This document shows, one piece after another, positions 53,201 to 64,000 of a DNA stretch of 64,000 bases. Both the position numbers and the translations under genes were made by a program. The DNA is taken from the NCBI RefSeq assembly GCF_009834535.1, contig NC_045697.1, positions 97,342,001 through 97,406,000 on the forward strand. The letters are read 5' to 3'. The notes under the pieces are model-generated. The model saw only the letters and a program-made list of their open reading frames with translations, made no database searches and was not told where the DNA came from. Position 1 is the stretch's first letter, and every line of letters begins with the position of its first letter. The DNA is from Camelus ferus (taxonomy: Eukaryota).

Positions 53201-56162
53201 ATAGATGAGATATGAAATGAATTTCATGGAAGTTGAGCACCCTGGAGGTTATTAGTTTGCCTTAATATATAACAGTATTCTGACATCATATCATTAGCAT
53301 TATTTTCTTCTGCAACAAACCTAAAACATTTGAAAAATTTATCGATTTTATCATGTATGGATCTTAATAAAGAATATGTGTCCTTTTCTTAAAACCATTA
53401 AGCTATAGACATATTTTATTTTAAGGTATACATACATGCACTGAATGTTTACTACATCAACTTAAAACTATATTGGGAAAATAATTAACCAATTTTTAGT
53501 TAAAACAAGATACAGTTTTCTTAGAGAGGGAAATGTATATTCAGTTAAGTCACTAAATTACTGACATAAAAATGTTTGATAATATACACATGCTTAAAAC
53601 ATGTGTAGAACTTTAAAGTCAAAATATAATAATAGTTAGTGATCATTTTCAAAGCATTATGCTTGTGGTGCCACTATGTATTTTTTAATATTAGTGTGCA
53701 TACATGTATTTTTTCTGCCTCCAGTTCTATGAGAGAGCTGCATGTATGTATGTGTTTATATATGTATATATAAAATATGTGTTTATATACATATGCATAC
53801 ACACACACAAACAATCTTTCAAAGATTCAGTCTTGAAATTCCCTTAAGTAATTTTCAAGGAAGCTTCAGAGTCAGTTTTAAAATTTAAGATACTGTCTTT
53901 TATTGATAATTTTCTCCCCAAAGACTCTAGAAACCAGTGTTAAAATGTTAATGAAACACAAATGTATATGTTTGTTTAAACTAATAAAACTGTACACTTG
54001 AAAGGATGAAAGTCATGTTAAGTGACTCAATAAATCTGACTTCAAAATACTGTGCGTAAGAAAAGGGACAATGTAAAAATTTTAATGTACTTCATTAAAA
54101 AAATAGATAGTAGTATTGTTCACAATTGTCAGTATAACCATGAACTAAAGACCCTTTTGTCAATCAAAAAGCATTTCTCTTAGAGAGTACCACAATTAGA
54201 AAAAAAACCCTTAAAATTCCCCACTGATCAATAATATTTTTCTTTTAAAAAATGTTAACTTAGCATTAATTTCACTATTAGGAAAGAAACCCTCCAGCAC
54301 ATTAAAAATTAGACAAATACCTCCTCTTAGGTTTCTGGTAGGAGATGTCAAAGATTTTTCTTGATATATGTATGACATTTTCTTGTTTTTATCATTTAAA
54401 AGATCCATGGTTATTTGTCTATTTAGCTAGCAGATGGGAAGTGATTTTGTGATGTTCTATATTCATCACAGAGTCACTGCTCCTTCCTATTTTCCTTCCA
54501 TTTCAGAGGAAACCAAAAGAAAAATAACTTCCATTATACTGGTGCTAGTTTCATTACTGTGCTATTGTCAGAATCCTTTACACTAATTCTTGATATGAGT
54601 CCGAGCACCGGGTAGTCACTAAAATGAAACACACAGCCTTATTGTACTGTATCCCATGGTCTGGTTGTGTGATTCTGTGCTTTTACTCCAGCAAACTGAC
54701 TATACACAATTCCAGTATTTGCTGACCCAGTCTTCCCCCTCTGTGTTTAATTGTGTGTCTTCTCTGCTAATCTCTTATTGCTCCTGCTGCTACCCACTTT
54801 TCTTCCAGTTTTAGATAAGGCTTTATTCTCTCATTACAGCAAAACTAAGACCAAAGAACCCGATGCTCCATAATGGGTCCAAGGAATATTACTTCTTTCA
54901 AAAGGAAGATAATGAATTCTCTCCTCTTTCCTATGTTATTAAAAGGAGATACTTGATCCAGTGTGAGGTGTTCACAGACTTTCCATTTTCCTCTCCAAAG
55001 GCGGAGAGAGTAAGAGAGAGCTAATTACCAGTATTTGAATTATTAAATATTCAGTTCCCCTGCTCACCTAGGAGTAGCATCCCAACTCAAAAACAGATGA
55101 GAGAGCCTGAGTTTCTCCATCCCGGGCGATTCTTGGCTTTAGTCCCAGGACTAGCTCTCCCACAGCTTTCTTCTCCCCAGTGCAAAGCATAACCTGTCCC
55201 ACCTGTAAGTGAGGAAGGTCCTATCCCTTTCCAAAAACCATCTCCTGGAACATTGTTGTTACTTAGGCAAATCCATACCATCTATTCAAAGGAAGAAGGA
55301 CTCCCCATAGTGAACATAAGGAAATTCTCCAAAGCAGGAGCCTGTGTTAGAGTTTGCCCTTGTTGTTTTTCACCTGTTGCATCATTCTTTTTAAGGGCCC
55401 TGTATTTTAAGGGCCCTGTATCAGTTGACACTACATTACCTGGAGGTAACTTTTATACAAATCCCAGAACAAGGGTACCATTTAATGGTATTCTTTTTGC
55501 TTCTTTTTCATAAAAAGACTTCTATTTACATTGTTAATAAATATGTTATTAAATCACAGCAGACTCTTTAGCTATTCTTAAAATAACATACCTAGTAGCT
55601 ACAATTTGGATTCATTCATATGAGGAGATATATTTGGGATATGTAGTCTCACAGTGCAACAAATTGAAATACACTAGTTTCTCATTAGCTGATTTCCCAC
55701 TTCCACGTAAAGATAACACTTATGGAAATATATTAAAACTTCTTCTAGTAACTTTACACATATCATATGACTGGTTCCTCACCAAGACTTTATTAATGCC
55801 CATTTTAATGTTCAAGAGAATGAGGTAGAATTCTTCTTAAGTAACTTGCTCAAAGACAAGCAGATAGTAAAAGGTTGTACTTAGATTTGCATCTAGACAT
55901 TCTGGCTCCAGAGCTCATGCTCTTAACGGTGCCTCTGTTCATCAGTTTAGCAGATGTCCATTTTAATCGAGGCTCTTCCCCCTTTCTGTCAGACACCTGA
56001 GTGGATTGTTATGACTCACAGATTTAGTGGAGTCAGTCGACTCTTGCTCCCAATCCCATTGTCCTCCTGCTAGTCCATGATGTTTGAAATAGATGGATGC
56101 CACCAAAAGATGTCCTGCCAAAATGTAAGGGTGGAGAAGAATTTTCAGTTACTGGATGGCAA

Positions 56163-56163
<1 letters not shown>

Positions 56164-56216
<53 letters not shown>
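56164..56216. repeat. (CAA)n trinucleotide microsatellite, ~17 units
   Basis: Seen directly in the sequence. Confidence 0.97.
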
Positions 56217-56724
56217 GAAGCACAAGCCACTGCAGAATGGAAATAAGATTTTGAATTATTAAATTTTTCAAATTCCTAATCAGAAGCATGTATATCAATA
56301 AGATTTAATATGGGCTTTCTGAATTTTTTATCCCTCATTCCTGAAAGAGAGCTCATTGATCTTTCACCTGCTTGTCATCACATACTTCAAAAATTATATA
56401 TAAGAACTGTGAGTTTGCAAAATACCTGGGTTTTAAAACTTGTTTCCTCCCTCCATATTACAGCTTCTAAAAAGCAGTATCATATTTCCAAAGGTGAGTG
56501 ACATCAAAAAGCAGTTATTTATAGAGGACATCCTTTATGCCATTCTTATAGATTACAGTTTCTAGAGAAAGTAAAAACTCTAATCTATTGTGGTTTAGGA
56601 AACTATTTTCTGTATATTCCTGAATCTTTTTATCTCACCCCTTAGCATATCCTTATAATATTGTTGTTTTATGCACCACCTCTTCCATCATTAACAGAAT
56701 ATGTACCTCTTAATTATTTTAACC

Positions 56725-56965
56725 CTGGAGTTCTTAACCTCAGCACTAGTGACATATTGAGCAGGACAGTTCTTTGTTGTAGGAGGCTGTCCTGAGTGTT
56801 GTACAATGTTTAGCAGTATCCCTGGCCTCCATGCACTAGATGCTAAAGGCAACCCTTCCCTTCCTCACCTTCATTGCGATAACTAAATCTGTCTTGACAT
56901 ATTGCCGAATATCCCCTGGGGGACCCCTCCATGCCCCTATCCCACCCAGGTTGTTAACTTCTGTC
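56725..56965. mobile_element. MER20 DNA transposon relic
   Basis: 'ttcttaacctcagcactagtgacat...ttctttgttgtaggaggctgtcctg...atgtttagcagtatccctggcctc...actagatgc...attgccgaatatcccctgggg'. Confidence 0.85.
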
Positions 56966-58099
56966 TCAAAGCATGAAAAAACTTTCTAAGCTTCCTAAAT
57001 GGATACAGGATCATCTACATTGTTCTCAGCTTTAAATTTTACTGTAAGGAAAATTCAACGTGTTAAGATACACAGGCAACAAGAGGCAGTTACATTATCT
57101 GTCGTGGTCTTTGGATTCAGACTCTGCCTCTAGTACTTGGTGATTCTCTAACCACAGTCCCTTCATCTGTAAAGCTGATACAATGGCCTTGTATGATGGT
57201 TTTCTTTCGGTCCTCCAGGTTTTCTCTGCCCTTGTCTTCCCTGCCCAGGAAACTGGTTTCCCAGGACTGATCCCATTCTGAGATTCTGTGATCTTAATAG
57301 ACAATTTGCCTGAAAGTATAAAGCTTGTATATGGAAGCTGTGGAGCACTGTCTGAAATCAAACCAATGCTCACAACACTAATGAAATACTAACTTCCTAC
57401 TTTAACAATTCTACTAATTAGGAGAGTTTTATAACCTTTATTTACTGTTTTCTCTGCCTCTAGAAATATACTTAGTCCTGCCTATGCTTTCTATTAACTT
57501 TCAAAAATGCGCACAAAGATTATCATCATCCCCCTTTAGCAGATGAAGAAACGCAAGCTGTCCTACTCCTTGACCATCTTTCCCTCAATCTCCGCTTGAC
57601 TGGCTTCCTCCCAACAGTGGGATCTCATCATAGTATTATTACCTCACCTGAGAGGACTTTTGTGGTCACCGTTTTATCTGAAGGCAATTCCCTCTGCTCC
57701 TTCTTTATATCCTGTATAGCACTTATCTGTAATTTCTAATTATTTTATCTGTATATTCGTTTACTTGGCAAATGTCTTCCTCTCCACTAGGATTTAAAAG
57801 CAGAGGTTAACTCTTGTTTAACTTTACCTCTCCAACGCTTAGCATGTCAATGGATATCAACGTATGTTTAATAAGTGTTAAATGAATGAATGAATAGAGT
57901 CACAAGTCTAAGAAATGATAGAGTGAGGAATTGAACTCAGACACTTCTGAATAAAGCAAAACTTGAAACCACTCTGGCTATTTCTTTTTGTAATCCAGAA
58001 GAATCTCTGCTCCTGAGAATACAGGTGCAGTCAGGGGATATAAGCTTCTCCCCTCTGATTTTAGCACCTGAGTTTCATCCTTGCTCTTTCTCTTGCTAT

Positions 58100-58770
58100 G
58101 GACCACTCCTCCCAGCATCCGCAGTCACTGGTCAGTTTCATTGTACCATTTTCCAAAATACATAATTGAGCCAATCACTTATGATATCCATTGCTACCTT
58201 AGTCTGTGTAATGTCTGTGTTTCCCAGGCTACAACATAGTTTTCTTATTGGTCTTCTTACTCTACCCTTTCTCTCTTGATATATTCTTCCATAGAACAGA
58301 TGGTAGGAATTTAAAAAATATATCATAATACCATATTATTTTAAATGATCCAACCATTTTCTTTTAAAATGGAAATAAATACAAATTCATCATGCTAGCC
58401 AACAAGACCCTAGCCCCTGGCATCCTTACCTATTGCTCAGCCCGTCATTTACTGCCTCTCTATGTACTGACCTTCTTTAAGTGTTTGGAGCAAGACATTG
58501 TGTGTCAGGCTAGCCTCATCTTTCAAGATTCTGCTTAAAGAAACATCCCCTGAATATCCATTCCATTAATATCCCATAGCTGTTGTTTTTTTCTTCCTTT
58601 GTAGCATTCATTACTACTTGAAATTATTTATTTATGTGTTTAATGTGTACCACTCCACACTAGTGGTTTTAGAATCCTTATCTAGGGCGTAACTGTACTT
58701 GCATGTCCTAGAACAATGCCTGGCACAAAGTAGACACTCAATAAAACATTAGTGAATAAATGAATACATA
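58100..58770 (+). mobile_element. LINE-2 3' fragment
   Basis: Ends 'cctagaacaatgcctggcacaaagtagacactcaataaaacattagtgaataaatgaat'. Confidence 0.75.
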
Positions 58771-60852
58771 CTAAATGATACTCATTCTGGACTTCCAGAG
58801 GATTTTTAGAACAATGGCTTGATGTCATGTTCCCTTTTCTTCTTATCCAGCATGTTTCTAAGGAAAAAAAAAACTAATATGCTTGAAATAAGGCAGGAGT
58901 TTTTCAACTCCAGGTCGTATATACTCAACTTCAAATACCTTAGACTAAAATGTAATTTCTCAGCTCTTGTTTCTGAGAAAGCCAAGGGGTGATACTCATG
59001 GTAGAACCTGAGCTGAAAACACTGTTGGCTACCTTCTCTCTCTCTCTCCCAGTCTCTGCTTTTTATTCTCTGTTGGCTTCATTTTCAGATGGTATCTCTG
59101 TAACTGGTATCAGTGTGATCATTAACCACTCTAAGCTCATAGTTACTGATCTCAAGGTAAAGAGAGGAGCCCTTTCTCTCACAGTATATGTATAAGTCTT
59201 CTCAAATTATTTTTGCCCCACCCCAAAATGTAAACCCACCTCTGTAGTAGAGGAATTAGGTTTATCCTTGTGTTATAATCTCAGGAGAAACACACAGAGT
59301 GGAAGAAGAGAGATGACTCCCCAAAATTAAAGTTCAGAAAAAAAGAGCACATAATGATCACAATGTGACATATTGTCCTTTCACTGACTTACTGAAGGAA
59401 ATGTGCTGGCCATTCAAAGACATCAGAATAAGCAGATCTGCATTTACACTAGTCCTAGAAGGGTAGACCCAGGTCTATTTGGTTTTCCTTTTGGACCTGC
59501 TTGGTAGCATAACTGGTTCAGCCTCTAGGAAATCTATTCAACTTAGATTGAATTTAGCCACGAGACAAGAAAGTATAGGGACCTCAACTAGTTATGCTCC
59601 ATTACTTACTCAGTGATGCTAAATGAGAGATGAAAGATCAGCAATACATTTGGTTCATCATTAAACCATTGTAGCTATTGCTGTTTTTAACTTATATAGG
59701 GTGTGGTGTTTCTCTGGACGTGTGAATACTTGCATATTTTCTCTGACATGTCCATAGAATAAACAAATGTCCCTAGTAGTAAAGGTGCATTTCTCCATTT
59801 TAAATACATCAATCACCTATGTATGTGTTCTAGATTATATAAAGCATCAATTCTTAGTTTGCCAATACTGGCTGGAACAATTTTCTAAGGATTCTAGTAA
59901 TTTAATGACATGAATAGGTAGAATTATCACAATTCCTAACAGTAGAAGTTTCCATATAAAACAAAGGATTGTAGTTAAAATAAAGTGTAATTTTGAAAAA
60001 TACCTAAAAAAAATCTACTCTTCTAAACTGCTTATCTGAATTATTCCTCAGGTAGTAATAATACAGGAGCAACATATTAAAAACAATAATTTCCTGAAAA
60101 AAAGCATATTTCAGAGACTTCTGGAAAATTTGGAAAGTTAATTTTATGGAAAGAAAAATCTTGCTAAGCAACCAAAGCAATAGAGTAGAATGAGATAAGT
60201 TATAATCATTGACCACGTTTACATAAAGCTTAATTCTTTACAACAACAACAGGAAAAAAAGCTTACCTTGGATCCAGGTTTAATTATGAGGTATATTAAA
60301 AAATTCAAGTGGATATTGTTTTAACAATGACTAATATTATAATTTTAGCTAAGTTCCTTCTGATTTTGTGCTGTCTTACTACTCTTTCTACCATATCTTA
60401 AGACAGTAAATTGAAAAAATATAGTAATAAAAATAGGATTCAATCTATAATAAATATATCAGTGAATTCACACTATCAAAAAAACTTATAATTCTATGTA
60501 TGAGAAATACCCTTTTCCCTGAAGTTTTTCCTAAAGTTTCCAAAAGTGAGATCAATGAGAGTAAGCAGGATCTTCTCTAATAATCTCTCTCTAGTCAGGA
60601 AATAAGAAAAAAAAAAAAAAAAGGCCAAAAGATCTCTAATAAAGAGGATTATTTACTCTTAGCTATTTGCAAACATCTCTGAATCTCCCTCACATTGATT
60701 ATGTTTAATAATTTAAACAGTATGTGGTAAGCAGTAAAAATTGAGTACTATGTAATGAACAAAAATATACTTGCTAAATCCAGTGGTCCCTGTTTAGTTT
60801 TTAACTTCTTAGAATTCTCTACCATCTTGAATTAACGCTAATTACAGTCCTT

Positions 60853-61010
60853 TTTGACCCTTCTTTTCTCTTCTCCCTCCTTCCTCCCTCCCTTCCTTCC
60901 TTCTTCCCTCCCTTCCTCTCTTCTTTCCTCTCTCCCCTCCTCTTTCTTTCTTTTATCTTTAGTAATCCTTTCTTTTCCCTTTGCTGGCTTCTCTTTAGGC
61001 TTCTTCCTTC
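60853..61010. repeat. Polypyrimidine low-complexity tract, (CCTT)n-like
   Basis: Seen directly in the sequence. Confidence 0.9.
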
Positions 61011-63511
61011 AAAGTACAAATATTCCTGCAATTTAGGTTCCATCTTTGGCTTTTAAAATTCTACTTACCTACCGTCTATCTAGCTATGTATCTATTAATC
61101 AATCATCTGTTTTTTCCCATGGGAATTCCATTTGCTACTTAACCAGTTTTCAAGCAGCATGGAAATTCTCATTACTAGACCAAACTGCAGATGGGTTTTT
61201 TGTATAGTCTACATCACTTGTTCCATGCAGATAGTCCACTGTAAATAAGACTCAGCTCAGTATCCTCCCTAAAATCTTTCATCTTCCTGGTTCCCCTTCT
61301 CTGCTAATGATCTCACCATTCCTCACAGTCTCAGGTATAAAACCTCAGTCATATTTAATTCCTTACTCTCTCAAACCAGTAACAATGAGTCAGTTTTAAA
61401 TAATGTTATTATATATTCCAAAATATATTTCCCATTCTTCCCTTATCATTTCTTTCCAGGACTACCCTAGTCATCACGTGTCCCTGCCAGACTATAGTCT
61501 CACTCATAGTTTCATGCTGCAGGGCACCTTGTACAGTGTCCTATACCAATTAGGCATTGAAGTAAATGGTACATGGAGGCTGTCTAATTTGTAATTTGTG
61601 GTCTTTGTTTCCTAAAGAAACATTAGCTAAAATTTGGAACTTCCCTTTAAATAAATCACAAATAAATAAATGACTAGGTATCAATGTTAATGTTAAATTT
61701 TGCATATTATAAAAAAACTTTTTATAATGTATTTTCTACCACCAAAAATTTAGGCTTTAACAATTGTACAGGTTGGAAAAACCTGATTTTCAGATTGATA
61801 TAACTAAATAGTAGCAACTCATGAAAAGCAATACATTCAATTAAAAAATCGGACAAGAGACAGGATACTAACATTTACTGAGTGCTCAGTATCACAGGTA
61901 CTGTGATGGATGCCATACATAGGCAGTTCAATTCAAACCTTACAGTAAGCTGGTGGAAAGGTATCATTTTATGGCATTTTACACATGGGAAAACTTTCAT
62001 ATTTTTATTTCTCCATGATCACACATGAAGTAAATGTCTCCCCTGAAACTCAAATCTAACTTTTTGCTTTTTAAATCACATTTGCAGGTAGACACCTAAT
62101 AATACGTAACAGGCTGCTGTCTTACTATGCAATGTCGATAAAATTAAAAAAAAGTATTGTATTACGTTTGGGAATTTTCAAATAAGAAATAAAAGTTTGG
62201 GTTAAGCTAATGCACTTCCAGGTCTCTAAAAGCATCAGTCATGCTTTACCTAGCCTCCAGGCTTTTATACAAACTGTTTTCTCTGCCTAGTTAAATAAAA
62301 ACATACTTTAGAAATAAGTGGATGACACTGGAATCATTCACACATTGACTAATTTAACAATCAAAAGTTGGGTGCACACTGTGTATGGTGGTTCTATCTT
62401 TCCTGAAATTACAGTCCAATGGGGGAGAAATGTTTCCATCAGATGGACATCCCATTTAGCTGTGTGACCATAAATAATCTGCTTATATCTCTGAGCCTTA
62501 GTTTTTTTTTTAACCTATAAACAGGATTTAAGAGTTCTTACTAATGAGAGTGTTGTGCAGAATAAATATAGAAGCATTGAAATTCACCTTGCACAGTTAC
62601 AGAACGGTTATGCCAGATTTGCATTTCAGCCATGTTTTTGATTCTTTCTTGTGTTACCTGTTCACTTTTCTAATTCTTACTCATTACTTAGCAATCTGAT
62701 TACACATCATTTTTTTCCCAGAAAAGCTTCCCAGAAATTCCAGCACAAAATGCATTTTCATGTATATTCTTGTATCTACTTGTATATATCATTATCATAT
62801 TAAAAGTCACTTTATTTTGTAATAAGCTGCATATGCTTTTCATCCCAAAGTAGACTGCTAGAGGATTCCTCAGGGTAGGGTAAGCTCTGTCCTATTCACC
62901 AGTGTGTTTGTAGCGCCTACCACATTCCTGAAGCACAGTGGACTTCTAATAAGTGTTTGAGGTTGAAGGTTCTTGGAGTGCAGGGGAGTAAGAGAGGTAG
63001 GAGTGGTGAACTGGATGATGGCTGTGTCAGTATTTCAACTTGCATTGGGTCTACAGCGAACATTGCAGGAAGGCCATTATCAACCCAACAGCCATCTGAA
63101 TGCTCTGACTCTCTGTGCTGCCTTTCTGTTTAACAGGCTCCATAGAGAAGGTGGGAGAACAGGCCATGGGCACTGTGTTCCTGGGACACTACAGAAAAGG
63201 TCCACATAGTAGAGGGAATGTTGAACTCAGAAAACCCCCAGAGAATAAATAGAAACTTACTACCTTCTTTGATCTTGCTTAGGAAAATATAGTACCTGTA
63301 AGTAAAATCTGAAAATATAGCGCTTATTGTCTCACTCATTATTATAAGGATTAAATAACCCTGATATGTGAACAGAACTTGTAGACTCAGGTAACATTAG
63401 GTATAATTTTGTCATGAGTCACATGATTTCATTATGCTGGCTCTGAAGATGAAAAATTTAAAGCTACTGAGTCATTTTTTGTTTCCTCCAAGATATTAAG
63501 GAAGTTCGCTT

Positions 63512-63580
63512 AAAAAAGATTTTTTTTTTAATTGAGGTATAGTCAGTTTACAATGCTGTGTCAATTTCTGGTGTACAACG
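63512..63580 (-). mobile_element. Severely 5'-truncated young L1 with target-site duplication
   Basis: Poly-T then 'aattgaggtatagtcagtttacaatgctgtgtcaatttctggtgtaca'. Flanked by aggaagttcgctt (63499-63511) and aggaagttcactt (63581-63593). Confidence 0.85.
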
Positions 63581-64000
63581 AGGAAGTTCACTTTTGGAAT
63601 GACTCTCAAAGCATCTTTATTCTAGCAGTGGTTCTTTAAGATAAACAGGGAGCACTTCATCCTTCATGATGGATGTGGGCTGCTCTGCTGATGTGACAGA
63701 TTTACTTTTTTGTAAGGTTTTTCTTTAAGAAATATAGTCACTGATCCTCTTTTAACAATTAGGCCTAGAGTAAGAGGGGAAATGATCATTTATAACCCTC
63801 TACCCAACACAGCAAACTAGAAAGGATGTTCCTAATTCAAAGGAGATACAAACAGAACAACACAAGGGAAAGTGGAGAGAACAACAGCAAAAAAACCAAC
63901 AAAACAGCAAAAGAAAGAGAGGTTGGAAAAGCTTTCAAAACTTGTAAAGCTTTAATACAGTGTATCTGACATATCTCAGTGGAGTGTGCACCAGAGGAGA

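Noticed and set aside
56033..56262. Poly-Cys and poly-Asn ORFs
   Set aside because: Translations of the (CAA)n microsatellite.
1..64000. CRISPR arrays, operons, tRNA/rRNA genes or a novel multi-gene system
   Set aside because: The sequence is mammalian with a single spliced gene. No regularly spaced repeat array or structural RNA gene was recognised.

Overview
Mammalian genomic DNA, AT-rich and repeat-laden. It contains one complete protein-coding gene, protocadherin-18 (PCDH18, a delta-2 protocadherin), on the minus strand. Four coding exons (29688-27202, 26418-26330, 26243-26080, 19566-18899) splice through GT-AG introns to 3408 nt, i.e. 1135 aa plus stop. The gene has a GC-rich promoter near 30.0-30.45 kb and a ~2 kb 3'UTR ending near 16.86 kb. 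Downstream of the gene (1-16 kb) lie old L1s, a MaLR LTR and a 4.27 kb two-LTR endogenous retrovirus remnant with an env-like fragment. Upstream (31-64 kb) is gene-free, with MIR/L2/MER5/MER20/L1 relics and candidate enhancers. I saw no Alu, B1, Bov-tA, PRE-1 or SINEC SINEs. That absence and the look of the young L1 3' ends suggest a laurasiatherian, possibly a camelid (inference only). I found no convincing new multi-gene system. The most unusual observations are a 72-bp, 93%-identical copy of the PCDH18 3'UTR 15.7 kb away inside an old L1, an apparently chimeric ERV inserted in a CA tract, a CpG/GC-rich last coding exon, a cluster of upstream ATGs and a 17-bp-arm inverted repeat in the promoter. 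Repeat family names are from recall and repeat boundaries are approximate.
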